Source: an uncultured Actinomycetota bacterium (GTDB taxonomy: Bacteria; Actinomycetota; UBA4738; HRBIN12). From it: a DNA stretch of 64,000 bases. Of this stretch, positions 9,834 through 20,251 are shown one piece after another (the first letter of the stretch is position 1; each line of letters opens with the position of its first letter). The DNA lies in contig CAWIUW010000002.1 of NCBI GenBank assembly GCA_963839395.1, positions 64,057 to 128,056 of the forward strand. The letters run 5' to 3'. The notes beneath the pieces are model-generated. The model saw nothing but the letters and a program-made list of their open reading frames with translations. It was not told where the DNA came from and searched no databases. Made by a program: the position numbers and the translations under genes.

Positions 9834-11105
9834 GCCATGACCCCCGCGAGATCCTGCTTCGCGAACGGCCCGAGCACCGTGAGCGTCATCGGCTGCGACA
9901 AGACCCGCTTCGCCACGCGTCGCGCGTCGCTCAGGGTGACGTCCTCCACGCGCTTGAGGGCCTGGCTGACCGTCAGGATCTCGCCGTGGCCGATCTCGGA
10001 CTTCCCGATCCTCGACATGCGGCTCCCCGGGTCCTCGAGCGAGAGCACCATCGAGCCCTTCACGTGGCCCTTGGCGCGCTCGAACTCCTCCGCCGTCAGC
10101 CCGTCGCCCGCGACATCGTCGAGCTCGCGGCGGAGCAGCCCGATCACCTCTCGGGCGCGCGCGGGCGTCGTCCCGGCGTAGCACGAGAAGAGGCCCGCCT
10201 CCGTGTACTGCGAGTGGTAGCAGTAGACCGAATACGCGAGCCCGCGCTTCTCTCGTATCTCCTGGAACAGACGCGAGGACATCCCGGTGCCGAGCGCGCC
10301 GTTCACGATGAGGAAGGCGAACCGGTCGGGGTCGCTGCGTGGGAGGCCGTTCGTGCCGAGGCAGATGTGGGCTTGCTCGGTCTTCCGCCGCTTGACGAGG
10401 GGCCGGGCGGAGGACTCGGGCGCGGTCCCGACTCGCACGCAGGTCCCAACCCTGGGGGTCTCCCGTGCCGACGATCTTGCCGGTGTCCATGCGGGTCCGC
10501 AGCATGTCGAGCAGGTCCTCGTGTCGGAGGTTGCCCGCGGCAGCCACCACGAGGCGGCCGGGCACGTAGTGGCGACGGTAGAACCGGTGGACCTTGTCCC
10601 GTGTGGCGGCGCGGATCGTGTCGGCGGTTCCCAGGATCGGCCGCCCCAGGGGATGGTTCGGCCACAGGGCCTCCGTGAAGAGATCGTGCACGATCTCTTC
10701 CGGCGAGTCCTCGTGCATGTTGATCTCCTCGAGGATCACCTGCCGCTCCGCGTCCAGGTCCGCGGATCGCAGCAAGGAATGCTGGAACATGTCGGCGAGG
10801 TGATCCACCGCCAGCTCCATGTCGCGGTCGAGGACCCGTGCGTAGTAGCACGTGTACTCCTTCGAGGTGAACGCGTTGGCGTCACCACCGACCGCGTCGA
10901 AGTTCTCCGCGATGGCCAGCGCCGTTCGCTTCTTCGTCCCCTTGAAGAGCAGGTGCTCGAGGAAGTGGCTCGAGCCGCTGATCGCCGGCGGCTCGTCGCG
11001 GGATCCCGCGAGCACCCAGAAGCCGAGGGACACGGAGCGGACGCCAGGCATCCGCTCCGTGACCACCCGCAAGCCCGAGGAGAACTCGGTTCGCTCGATC
11101 CCCAC
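9830..11105 (-). CDS. M16 family zinc peptidase (frameshifted near 10435)
   Basis: HFLEHLLFKGT in the N-terminal frame; GTGMSSRLFQEIREKRGLAYSV in the second frame (9830-10438); usual pnp-M16-dapB synteny. Confidence 0.88.
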
Positions 11106-11129
11106 TGTCCGCCTCCGGAGGTCGGCTCG

Positions 11130-13430
11130 CTAGGACGACCCCTTGTCGGCGTCGCGGAACCGTCGGCCGTGGCGTCGCTGCCCGCCATCGGCCCCGTTCT
11201 TCGGCTCGCGCGACTCACCACGCGGCTCGCGGGGCTCCCGTCGCTCACCGCCCGAGGACCGCTCCCCTTCGGGAACCTCCCACTCCGGTCCGACCGGCTT
11301 CAAGCTGATCTTGCCCTGCGCGTCGACGTCCTCGACGAGCACCGTCAGCTTGTCGCCCTCCCGTACGGCCTCTTCCACCGAGTTCAGGCGCTTGCCCTTG
11401 CCCAGCTTCGAGATGTGCACGAGACCGTCCCGGCCCGGTACGAGGTTCACGAAGGCACCGAAGGTGGTGGTCTTCACGACCGTGCCGTCGTAGGTCTCGC
11501 CCTGGAGGACGGGTCGCGGATTCGCGATCTCTTCGATCATCCGGGCCGCGTCGTCGGCGCCCTCGCCTTCGTGCGAGCCGATGAACACCGTGCCGTCATC
11601 TTGGATGTCGATGTCGGCGCCGGTCTGCGCGATGATCTCGTTGATCCGCTTGCCCTTGGGGCCGATCACCTCGCCGATCTTGTCCACCGGGATCTGGATC
11701 GAGATGATCCGCGGCGCGATCGGGTTGACGGACTCACGAGGCGCCGGGATCGTCGCCTCGATCACGTCGAGGATCGTGAAGCGAGCCTCACGGGCTTGCT
11801 CCAACGCCCCCGACAGGACCTCCGCCGGCATGCCGCTGACCTTCATGTCCAGCTGGATCGCCGTGACGAACTCGCGTGTGCCGGCGACCTTGAAGTCCAT
11901 GTCGCCCAGCGCGTCCTCGGCGCCGAGGATGTCCGTCAGGGTCACGTACGTCCCGTCTTCGGCGATCATGCCCATCGCGATCCCGCCGACCGGCGCCTTG
12001 ATCGGCACACCGGCGTCCATCAACGAGAGCGTGGACGCGCACACGCTGGCCATCGATGTCGAGCCGTTGGAGGCCAGCACATCGGAGACCAGACGGAGCG
12101 TGTAGGGGAAGTCCTCCTCCGAAGGGATCACGGGCTTGAGCGCCCGCTCCGCCAATGCGCCGTGACCGATCTCACGACGGCGAGGCGATCCCACGCGGCC
12201 CGTCTCCCCCGTGGAGAACGGCGGGAAGTTGTAGTGGTGCATGTAGCGCTTCGAGTCCTCGAGATCGAGCGTGTCGATCATCTGGTTCATCCGGAGCATC
12301 CCGAGCGTCGTGACGTTCAGTGCCTGGGTGTCTCCTCGCTCGAACAGCGATGAGCCGTGAGCCCGGGGCAGGAGCCCGACATGAGCCGAGAGCGGGCGGA
12401 TGTCCTTCGCCCCGCGACCGTCCAGCCGGACCCCGTCCGCGATCACGCGCGCGCGCATGACCTTCTTCTCGAGGGACTTCCAGGCGGGCGAGAACTCGTG
12501 GCTGCGCTTCGCGAACTCGTCCTCCCCCAGCGTCTGCACCAGGTGGGCCTTGGTCTCGTCCTTGACGGCAGACATGTTCGATTCGCGCTCTTTCCTGTCC
12601 GGCACGAGCGCGGCGCGGACCTTGTCCTTCGCGAAGGACTCGAGGGCGTCCCAGAGATCCTGCTGATACAGCGGGTGCGGCTCGAAGTCCGACGGCTTCA
12701 CGCCGACCGCGGCGAGGAACTCCTCCTGGAACTCGATGACCTCGGCGATGACTTCCTTGGCCCGTTCGAGGCCTTGCGTGACGACCTGCTCGGTGGGTGC
12801 CTGAGCGCCCTCACCGGCCGCCAGGAGCGGCCAGGTGTTGTCGGGCGCCTCGCCCTCGATCATCAAGATGTCGATCCCGCCCTGATCGTTCTTGGAGCCG
12901 GCGACGACGATGTCGAACGTCGCGTCCTCGAGCTCCTCGAACGTCGGGTTCACGGCCCACTCGCCGCCGATCAGGCCGAGGCGCACGGCGCCGACCGGAC
13001 CGTCGAACGGCAGGCCGGCGATGCCGACCGCGAGCGACGCCGCGTTCATCGCGGGGATGTCGTAGGGGTTGGCCATGTCGACAGACAGGACCGAGATGAT
13101 CACCTGGACCTCGTCCCGGTATCCCTCGCGGAACGAGGGTCGCAGCGGGCGGTCGATCAGGCGCGCCGTGAGGATCGCCGTCTCCGACGGACGTCCCTCG
13201 CGACGGAAGAAGCTGCCGGGGATCTTCCCCCGGGCGTACATGCGCTCCTCGACGTCGATCGTGAGCGGGAAGAAATCGATCCCCTCGCGGGGGTTGGAGC
13301 TGACGCACGTGGCGAGCACCATGGTGTCGCCGTAGCGAGCGACGGCGGCGCCGTCGGCGAGCTTCGCGAACGTGCCGGACTCGAGGAGCAGATCCTTGGT
13401 GCCGATCTGCCGTGACATGCTGGTGGCCAT
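11130..13430 (-). CDS. pnp: polyribonucleotide nucleotidyltransferase
   Basis: RLIDRPLRP, RRREIGHG, GDMDFKVAGT, KH and S1 domains; GGAGG SD. Confidence 0.98.
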   Translation of the reverse strand: MATSMSRQIGTKDLLLESGTFAKLADGAAVARYGDTMVLATCVSSNPREGIDFFPLTIDVEERMYARGKIPGSFFRREGRPSETAILTARLIDRPLRPSFREGYRDEVQVIISVLSVDMANPYDIPAMNAASLAVGIAGLPFDGPVGAVRLGLIGGEWAVNPTFEELEDATFDIVVAGSKNDQGGIDILMIEGEAPDNTWPLLAAGEGAQAPTEQVVTQGLERAKEVIAEVIEFQEEFLAAVGVKPSDFEPHPLYQQDLWDALESFAKDKVRAALVPDRKERESNMSAVKDETKAHLVQTLGEDEFAKRSHEFSPAWKSLEKKVMRARVIADGVRLDGRGAKDIRPLSAHVGLLPRAHGSSLFERGDTQALNVTTLGMLRMNQMIDTLDLEDSKRYMHHYNFPPFSTGETGRVGSPRRREIGHGALAERALKPVIPSEEDFPYTLRLVSDVLASNGSTSMASVCASTLSLMDAGVPIKAPVGGIAMGMIAEDGTYVTLTDILGAEDALGDMDFKVAGTREFVTAIQLDMKVSGMPAEVLSGALEQAREARFTILDVIEATIPAPRESVNPIAPRIISIQIPVDKIGEVIGPKGKRINEIIAQTGADIDIQDDGTVFIGSHEGEGADDAARMIEEIANPRPVLQGETYDGTVVKTTTFGAFVNLVPGRDGLVHISKLGKGKRLNSVEEAVREGDKLTVLVEDVDAQGKISLKPVGPEWEVPEGERSSGGERREPREPRGESREPKNGADGGQRRHGRRFRDADKGSS

Positions 13431-13490
13431 AGGCCGTGTACCTCCTGTTGTGGGCGGCGCCTCGTGGCGCCGCGGCTGCGGGAGGCGGCT

Positions 13491-13590
13491 GGCCGGTTGT
13501 CAGTGGTGGGCCTCCGGCTCGTGGTGCTGGGCGCGGCGCGGGGTTCTGGGCGCTGCGCACCTTCCGGGGGTCCGCGACTGAGAACCGACC
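13491..13590 (-). promoter_or_regulatory. long imperfect stem in rpsO-pnp intergenic region (probable RNase III site / pnp leader)
   Basis: On the minus strand GGTCGGTTCTCAGTCGCGGACCCCCGG can pair with CCGGAGGCCCACCACTGACAACCGGCC; the position matches the known pnp autoregulatory hairpin. Confidence 0.6.
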
Positions 13591-13669
13591 TGAATGGGGC
13601 CTCCGCCTCCGATCGGTCGGTCAGTGGGTCGTTCGCATCACTCCTCTTCGGTGCTCCTGACGCTGTCGG

Positions 13670-13939
13670 TCAACGACGCAGCCCGAGCTTCGCGATGAGC
13701 GCTCGATAGCGTTCGATGTCCTCGCGCTTGATGTATTCCAGGAGCCTTCTCCGTCGCCCCACCATCTTCAGCAGGCCGCGCCGCGAGGCGTGATCCTGCT
13801 TGTGGGTCTTCAGATGCTCGGTGAGCTCGGCGATGCGCTGCGTGAGCACGGCGACCTGCACGTCGGCAGATCCCGTATCGCCGCTGGAGAGGGCGTGCTC
13901 CTGGATGATCTCGCTCTTGGCTTCTTTGGTCAGCGTCAT
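13670..13939 (-). CDS. rpsO: 30S ribosomal protein S15
   Basis: [35 protein letters not shown]. Confidence 0.98.
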   Translation of the reverse strand: MTLTKEAKSEIIQEHALSSGDTGSADVQVAVLTQRIAELTEHLKTHKQDHASRRGLLKMVGRRRRLLEYIKREDIERYRALIAKLGLRR

Positions 13940-15333
13940 GGTTGCAGGTCAAGGCTACCAGCACCGTCCGCGTCCAGACCGTCCGGGGAGGGTGCCCCCG
14001 TGTCCGACGTCGCAGCTCGGACGGCATGTGCCAGGTGGGCGCGGCGGGCGCGCAGGTCCTCCACGAGGCCCGACGCCTCGGCCAGCCTCCTGAGGCCCAG
14101 CCGCGCCCGCCGCGCCCGGACCGCCCGCCCCACGCACCAGAGAGCGGCGGCGCCGCAGATCGGCCCGAGGGCGACGGTGAGGAGCCACGGATAGGTGGTG
14201 GTGTCGAACACGACCCACCTGAGGACGGCCCAGTTCGCCGGGAAGAGCACGAGCGCGGCGAGGAACTTGGTCGTGGCGTGGGTCACGGGAGGCTGAGCCC
14301 GGCGTCCGACCAGGTACACGCCGAGCGAGGGCACCAGATTCGCCAGGAGCCCGATCGCGGCGAACGGCGCGAGTCCCAGCGTCACGAGCCAGCCGATCCT
14401 GCTCCCCCGGGCGAGTGCCTCTTCCGCTCCGGGCGCGACGACGGCATCGGGGATCCGTGCGGTCGCGAGCGCCTCGCGATACTCGCTCGCCGCCGCCCGC
14501 ACGGCCTCTTCCAGCGGCGGCGGCGCCTCCGCGAGGCTGTCGGCGAGGCGTTCCACCTCTCCTACGGGAGGCCGTCCTCGAGGATCACCGTGCTCCCATC
14601 GGAGCGCGACGTTCGCCGCCATCCGCAGGGCGGAGCGCTGTTCCGCGCTCTCGAAATCGATCGCGGCATCGGTCAACCGTGCCTCGATCCTCCTCGTGAG
14701 CGTCTCGACGGCTCCGCGGTCGGTCTCGTCGGGAGGGACGGCCGGATTCGTCGCGAGGTCCGAGTCCATCTCGATCGGCTCCCCGACACGGACGTAGGCA
14801 CGGGAGCGCGCTCGCTGCTTGTCCTCGTAGATCAGGCCGACGGGCACGATCCGCAGACCCATCGCGCCGCGCGAATGGGCGCCGAGGGCGATCCGGGCCG
14901 CGCCGGTCCGGATCGGGAGCAGGTGGGCTTCGTCGCTCGCCTGCCCCTCCGGGAAGATGCCGATCGCACCGCCGTCGCGCAGGTGCGCGAAGCACGCGCT
15001 GAAGGTGTCGACGTTGCCGCGGGTTCCTTCACCGTCCCTCGCAGCATCCTGCGCCCGATGGACGGGGATCGCGCCTCCGAGCGCCAGCAGCGGGCGAAGA
15101 GGCAGGATCCGGAAGAGCGAAGCCATCGCGAGGAAGCGGACGGGCCGAGGGACCGTGGCCACCAGGAGCGCAGGGTCCACGAATCCGCCGTGATGGTTGG
15201 CGACGAGCAAGACCGGTCCCGTACGAGGGATGCGCTCGAGACCGGTGACCTCCACGGCTCGGAACCAGCCGAGGGTCGCGGCCCTCGCGATCAGCCGCAC
15301 GAGACGGTCGGCGACTCGCCGCATGGGCCGCAT
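13936..15333 (-). CDS. glycerol-3-phosphate/lysophospholipid acyltransferase (PlsC-like) with C-terminal TM region
   Basis: NHHGGFVD (HxxxxD) and IFPEG motifs. Confidence 0.85.
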   Translation of the reverse strand: MRPMRRVADRLVRLIARAATLGWFRAVEVTGLERIPRTGPVLLVANHHGGFVDPALLVATVPRPVRFLAMASLFRILPLRPLLALGGAIPVHRAQDAARDGEGTRGNVDTFSACFAHLRDGGAIGIFPEGQASDEAHLLPIRTGAARIALGAHSRGAMGLRIVPVGLIYEDKQRARSRAYVRVGEPIEMDSDLATNPAVPPDETDRGAVETLTRRIEARLTDAAIDFESAEQRSALRMAANVALRWEHGDPRGRPPVGEVERLADSLAEAPPPLEEAVRAAASEYREALATARIPDAVVAPGAEEALARGSRIGWLVTLGLAPFAAIGLLANLVPSLGVYLVGRRAQPPVTHATTKFLAALVLFPANWAVLRWVVFDTTTYPWLLTVALGPICGAAALWCVGRAVRARRARLGLRRLAEASGLVEDLRARRAHLAHAVRAATSDTGAPSPDGLDADGAGSLDLQP

Positions 15334-15356
15334 GGTCGCACCTCTACGATGTCGGC

Positions 15357-15986
15357 GTGGCGAGGAGCGATCGTCTCGGGGCGCTCTGCGGGTTGCTCGG
15401 ACCCGCCGCGTTCACCGCGGCCTGGTTGATCGCACAGCGTCGTCAGGACGAGTACCAGTTCCGGCACGAGCACATCAGCGGCCTCGCCGCGAAGGATGCG
15501 AACGATCCACACGTGATGACGGCTGGCTTCGTCGCGCTCGGCGGCTGCACCGTGGCGTTCGCCTCGGCGCTGGACCGGAGGCTCGGCCCGCGAGCCGGCC
15601 TGGGACCCGCGCTGATCGGCGTCGCGGGCCTCGCCACGATCGTGGCCGGCCTGTTCCGGCGGGATCGACGCTCGAACTTCCCGGCGCCCGGCGAACCCGA
15701 TGGCCAATCCTCGGAGAACGACGTGCACGACGCGGCCGCGGTCGTCGGTGGCGTCGCCGGCATGGTCGGTCTGCTCGCGCTCGCGCCGCGGCTCGCGCAA
15801 GACGAGGAGCTTCGGGACCTGGCGAAGCCTGCACTGCGCGCTGCCGGCGCGAGCGCAGGCCTCTCGACGTGGTTCCTCCGCGACGTGGTCCGTCCGGGGA
15901 ACGGTCTTCTCCAGCGCGCGAACACCACGATCCCACTGGCGTTCATGGCCCGGCTCGCGTTCCGCCTCCTCAGGGAGCGACGCTGA
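15357..15986 (+). CDS. DUF998-like membrane protein
   Basis: Several TM helices, HEHISGLA, HD and GLLQR motifs; TACGAT -10 element 6 nt before the GTG. Confidence 0.7.
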   Translation: MARSDRLGALCGLLGPAAFTAAWLIAQRRQDEYQFRHEHISGLAAKDANDPHVMTAGFVALGGCTVAFASALDRRLGPRAGLGPALIGVAGLATIVAGLFRRDRRSNFPAPGEPDGQSSENDVHDAAAVVGGVAGMVGLLALAPRLAQDEELRDLAKPALRAAGASAGLSTWFLRDVVRPGNGLLQRANTTIPLAFMARLAFRLLRERR

Positions 15987-15996
15987 GCATGTCCAG

Positions 15997-16755
15997 CTAG
16001 ACGCGGCCCCGGGCCGCCCAGGCGACGGCCGTCAGGACGAACGGTGGCGTCGGCAACATCTCTCGGCAGCGTTCACGTAGCCTCGCTCGCCGTTCCTCGT
16101 CGAGCCCGGCCGTGTAGCCGCCGGCGGGACCGACGCCGAGGGTGTACGGCTCCCACCAGTCCTCGAAGGTGCGGTGCTCCGCGCTGACCGAGAGTGTGCT
16201 CTCCTCGACCTCGTGCAATCCGGCCGCCTGGAAGAGCTCGTGGAGGTGACCACGGCGTGCGCCCGCGAGGCCCGACTCCCCCTCGATGTGGGGGTCGAGG
16301 TCACGCGCCGCGTGCCAGAACACGCTGAGCGGTCCCCGTCCACCGGCGTGATCCCAGACGCATGCTGCGACGACACCGTGCGTCCGGGTCACTCGAGTCA
16401 TCTCACGAAGTCCGACGACGGGGTCAGCCATGAAGTGGACGACCAATTGTGCCAAGGCAGCGTCGAACGACCGATCCTCGAAGGGCAGGTTCTCCGCCGC
16501 TGCGCGTAGCACGCCGACTCCGGGATGTCGCTCGCGAGCTGCCTCGACGAATGGTTCGGACGGATCGATGGCCCAGACGGCGCCCGGCCCCAGCCGTCCG
16601 ACCAGCTCGGCCGTGAGGGAACCGGGGCCGCAGCCCACATCGAGCACCCGTTGACCCGGGTGCACCGATGCGAGGTCGGCGAAGCGTGGGGCGAGCGGCG
16701 CCGAGTATCGACCCATGAACCGGTCGTACCGGTCGGCCCCGACGACGAAGCTCAC
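15997..16755 (-). CDS. class I SAM-dependent methyltransferase
   Basis: YDRFMGRYS, VLDVGCGPG, AENLPFED. Confidence 0.88.
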   Translation of the reverse strand: MSFVVGADRYDRFMGRYSAPLAPRFADLASVHPGQRVLDVGCGPGSLTAELVGRLGPGAVWAIDPSEPFVEAARERHPGVGVLRAAAENLPFEDRSFDAALAQLVVHFMADPVVGLREMTRVTRTHGVVAACVWDHAGGRGPLSVFWHAARDLDPHIEGESGLAGARRGHLHELFQAAGLHEVEESTLSVSAEHRTFEDWWEPYTLGVGPAGGYTAGLDEERRARLRERCREMLPTPPFVLTAVAWAARGRV

Positions 16756-16768
16756 CCGCGGACCTCGA

Positions 16769-17707
16769 TCAACGCTCGGTCCCGATCACCGCGCGGGTCC
16801 GCTCCACGTCGTCGGCGATCGCGGCCACGAGCTCATCCACCGAATCGAACTTCACCTCGTCTCGGAGCCGTTCCCAGAACCCGACGGTGAGCGTGTCACC
16901 GCGCAACTCGTCGTCGGGGAAGTCCAGCAGGAACGCCTCGACGTGCAGCGGCTCCGTCCCGAACGTCGGATTCGTCCCGACATCGATCGCCGCGACGTAG
17001 CGGGTCCCTCCCTCGAGCTCCGCGACACCTGCGTAGATCCCCTGCCCGGGAAGCAGGAGCCGGGGCCAGGTTCGGAGGTTGGCGGTCGGGTACCCGAGAC
17101 CTTTGCCTCGACCCGCCCCGGACACCACCTCGCCGTCGACGGCGTACCTTCGTCCGAGCGCGGTGCGCGGCCACGCGAGGTCGCCAGCGGCGAGCGACTC
17201 CCGGACCGAGGACGAAGAGACGACCCGTCCGGCGATCGTGAACAGCTCGACCTCGTCCGCGGTCATGCCGAGTGGCTCACCGACCTCGCGGAGCGTGTCC
17301 ACCGTACCGGCAGCTCGATGTCCGAACGTGAAGTTGGCCCCCACGCGCGCGTGCACGGCGTGCAACCCGCCGACCAGCACGTCGCGGACGAACCCCTCGG
17401 CCGAGATCTTCGAGAACTCCTTCGTGAACTCGAGGACGACGAGCGCGTCGATGCCGCACGCCTCGATCAGCGACGCCTTCCGCTCGACGGTGGTGAGCAG
17501 GCGCGGCTCCTCACCCGGCGTGAGGATCTCCCGGGGATGCCGGTCGAAGGTCACGGCGACGCTGCGCGCGTCTCGCTCCGTGGCTGCCTCGACGGTGCGG
17601 CGCATGACTTCCTGGTGGCCGAGGTGCACCCCGTCGAAGAACCCCACGGTGACGACCGATGGCCCGGCGGGCAGCGGCAGTGCGGACAGGCCCCGGACGA
17701 TGTCCAT
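16769..17707 (-). CDS. ribF: bifunctional riboflavin kinase/FAD synthetase
   Basis: GFFDGVHLGHQ, GRGKGLGYPTAN, VEAFLLDF. Confidence 0.96.
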   Translation of the reverse strand: MDIVRGLSALPLPAGPSVVTVGFFDGVHLGHQEVMRRTVEAATERDARSVAVTFDRHPREILTPGEEPRLLTTVERKASLIEACGIDALVVLEFTKEFSKISAEGFVRDVLVGGLHAVHARVGANFTFGHRAAGTVDTLREVGEPLGMTADEVELFTIAGRVVSSSSVRESLAAGDLAWPRTALGRRYAVDGEVVSGAGRGKGLGYPTANLRTWPRLLLPGQGIYAGVAELEGGTRYVAAIDVGTNPTFGTEPLHVEAFLLDFPDDELRGDTLTVGFWERLRDEVKFDSVDELVAAIADDVERTRAVIGTER

Positions 17708-17726
17708 AGGCGATGGAGCGTACCGG

Positions 17727-18575
17727 TCAGTCCGAGGCCAGGATGACCTGCGGACGAGCCCGCGGGCCGTCGTCCTCGTAGACGCCGATCAGACGACCGC
17801 CAGGTTCGAACACGCCGTACGGACCGGAGAGGCCGGCGGGGCCGAGCGGCCTCCCGTGGGAAGCGGCGATCGCTTCCTCGGGATCCAGGTCGAGACGAGG
17901 GAGGTGGATCACGGCGGCCTCGATCGGCAGTGGGTCATCGGCCTCGTCCGGGGCGACGGCGTCGTCGACCGGATACGGCCCGATCGCCGTTCGGCGGAGG
18001 GCGGTGAGGTGGGCGCCGCACGAGAGGGCGGAGCCGACGTCGGCCGCGAGCACGCGCACGTACGTCCCACCCGAACAGGTGACCCGGAACGCCGCGTCCG
18101 GAGCGTCGAACGAGACGAGGTCGAAGGCGTCGACGCGGATCCGGCGCGGCTCTGCCTCGAGGTGCTCTCCCTCCCGGGCTGCCTCGTAGAGCTTGCGGCC
18201 GCCGACCTTCACGGCGCTGTACGCCGGTGGGCGTTGGAGCGACTCCCCGGCCAACGCTCGCATCGCTGCCGCGACGTCCGTCTCCGATACGTCGACGTCG
18301 GTCTCGCGCACGACGTCGCCGTCGGCGTCCAGCGTGGTCGTCTCCACGCCCAGCCGCAGCGTCCCCTCGTAGGTCTTCGGCAGCGCTCCCAGGAAGCGGA
18401 GGAGCCGGGTGGCGCGCCCGACCCCGATCAGGAGCAGACCCGTCGCCATCGGATCGAGCGTGCCCGCGTGGCCCACCTTCCTGGTGCCGAGCCCACGTCG
18501 CACGACGTCCACGACGTCGTGCGACGTCACACCAGGAGGCTTGTCGACCAGGAGCAGCCCTTCCGCCGGCGTCAC
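17727..18575 (-). CDS. truB: tRNA pseudouridine(55) synthase
   Basis: DKPPGVTSHDVV, KVGHAGTLDPMATG, CSGGTYVR. Confidence 0.97.
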   Translation of the reverse strand: MTPAEGLLLVDKPPGVTSHDVVDVVRRGLGTRKVGHAGTLDPMATGLLLIGVGRATRLLRFLGALPKTYEGTLRLGVETTTLDADGDVVRETDVDVSETDVAAAMRALAGESLQRPPAYSAVKVGGRKLYEAAREGEHLEAEPRRIRVDAFDLVSFDAPDAAFRVTCSGGTYVRVLAADVGSALSCGAHLTALRRTAIGPYPVDDAVAPDEADDPLPIEAAVIHLPRLDLDPEEAIAASHGRPLGPAGLSGPYGVFEPGGRLIGVYEDDGPRARPQVILASD

Positions 18576-18582
18576 GAGTGGC

Positions 18583-19587
18583 TCACGAAGCCTGGCGGAG
18601 CGCCGCGACGAGCCGCTCGATCGTTCCCTCCGGGCCGTGTTCGGACGTGTACCCGGCCGCGAGCCGATGCCCGCCTCCGCCGAACGAGGACGCGACGGCC
18701 GAGAGATCGTGTCCCCCGCGAGACCGAACGCTCACCTTGAACTTCCCGTCCCTCTGTTGCTTCAGGACGGCGGCGACGTCCACGTCGCGGGCGGTCCTGA
18801 GCACGTCGATCAGGTCGTCGGTCTCGCCTGGCCCGATCCCCGCTTCCGCGAGATCGGCCTGGGTGAGGTAGGTCCAGACCACGCTCGCTTCAGGCAGCTC
18901 GGCCATCCGCCCGAGGGCGATGCCGAGCAGCCGGAGGAACGACGGGTCGTTGTCCTCGTACATCGCGCGCACGAGCTGCGCGTGATCGAAGTCGTGCTCG
19001 CGCAGCCGGGCGGCGACCCGCAAGGTCTCGGGGGTCGTCGCCTGGTACTGGAACCGCCCCGTGTCCGTCACCAGGCCGGCGTAGAGGCACAGGGCGACGT
19101 CGCGATCGAAGTCGCCACCCATGGCTTCGATCAGTCGGAACACCATCTCGCACGTGGACGAGGCGTCGGGGTCGACCAAGCGAACCGTGCCGTAGCCGTC
19201 GTTGGAACGATGGTGGTCGATCCAGATCAGCTCGCCTGCGCGCGAGGCGGACGCTCCCAACACGCCCAGCCGGTCGAAGGATGCACAGTCGCACGTCACC
19301 ATCACCGCGGTGTCCGCGGGGAACGCGCTCGGGGGGACCAGGTGATCGGTCCCCGGCAGGAGCGATGCCCACCGCGGCGGGTCCAGCGGCTCGTTCCCGT
19401 AGGAGCACACCGTCCGGACTCCCCGAGCACGCAGGAAGTTCGACAGGCCGAGCATCGAACCCAGCGCATCGGCATCGGGGTTCATGTGGCATGCGAGCGC
19501 CACGTCCTCGGCGTTCGAGAGGACCTCGGCCGCTCGTCGGAGCGCTTCTTCCTCAGTCATTGCCTCACCATCTTGGGCCTCACTCAT
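18583..19587 (-). CDS. nrnA: DHH/DHHA1 oligoribonuclease / pAp phosphatase
   Basis: HMNPDADALGS, IDHH, TDTGRF, GGGGHRLAAG. Confidence 0.9.
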   Translation of the reverse strand: MSEAQDGEAMTEEEALRRAAEVLSNAEDVALACHMNPDADALGSMLGLSNFLRARGVRTVCSYGNEPLDPPRWASLLPGTDHLVPPSAFPADTAVMVTCDCASFDRLGVLGASASRAGELIWIDHHRSNDGYGTVRLVDPDASSTCEMVFRLIEAMGGDFDRDVALCLYAGLVTDTGRFQYQATTPETLRVAARLREHDFDHAQLVRAMYEDNDPSFLRLLGIALGRMAELPEASVVWTYLTQADLAEAGIGPGETDDLIDVLRTARDVDVAAVLKQQRDGKFKVSVRSRGGHDLSAVASSFGGGGHRLAAGYTSEHGPEGTIERLVAALRQAS

Positions 19588-19939
19588 CTTGGGCCTCCCC
19601 CCGATGGAGCCGGCCGATGATCTCCTCGATGCGGTCGTACTGGGCCAGCGTCTGGTCCAGTTGGAACTCGAGCTCGGGGAGACTCTTCAGCCGGACCTGC
19701 CGTCCGAGCTCCTTCCGCAGATGCGGGGTCGCGGAGCGCAGCCCCGCGGCCGTGGACCGCTGCTGCTTGTCGTCCCCCAGCACCGTGTAGGACACCCAGG
19801 CCCGGCGCAGGTCCGCGGTCACCTGCACGCCGGTGACCGTGACGAAGCCGATGCGCGGGTCCTTCAGCCGCTGGATCTCCTCCGCGAGGACCTCGCGGAA
19901 CTCCTCCGCGACCCGAGCTCTCCGAGCACCCTGCGGCAC
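19580..19939 (-). CDS. rbfA: ribosome-binding factor A
   Basis: KDPRIGFVTVTGV, PELEFQLD; infB operon position. Confidence 0.93.
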   Translation of the reverse strand: MPQGARRARVAEEFREVLAEEIQRLKDPRIGFVTVTGVQVTADLRRAWVSYTVLGDDKQQRSTAAGLRSATPHLRKELGRQVRLKSLPELEFQLDQTLAQYDRIEEIIGRLHRGEAQDE

Positions 19940-19957
19940 GTCATCCCCCCGCGTCGT

Positions 19958-20251
19958 TCAATCATCCGGCGAGTGGAGCGTCAGATCGCTGTCGATGATC
20001 TCGACCTCGGCCCATCGCTCCACGAACCGCTCCACCGAGTGCATCACCTTCTTGAGGTGATACCCCTCCGCCGCCACGGCGGCGACACCGAGCTCCGCCC
20101 GCTGCCACTTGTCGTGGTAGCCGGTCTCCGCGACCGCGACCTCGAACGTCGAGCGGATCCCGCCGGTGAGGGCCTTGACCACGTGACGCTTCTCCTTGAG
20201 CGACCCACAGGCGGGGATCCGGAGATCCAGCCGGAGGGCGGCCATCAGCAT
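19958..20251 (-). CDS. DUF503 family protein
   Basis: SLKEKRHVVK...VAVAE...DKWQRAELG; ATG overlaps the infB stop. Confidence 0.85.
   Translation of the reverse strand: MLMAALRLDLRIPACGSLKEKRHVVKALTGGIRSTFEVAVAETGYHDKWQRAELGVAAVAAEGYHLKKVMHSVERFVERWAEVEIIDSDLTLHSPDD

Noticed and set aside
9066-11105. Apparent M16 peptidase-DapB fusion
   Set aside because: Artefact of a frameshift near 10435; the M16 C-terminus is in another frame and ends at the dapB start.
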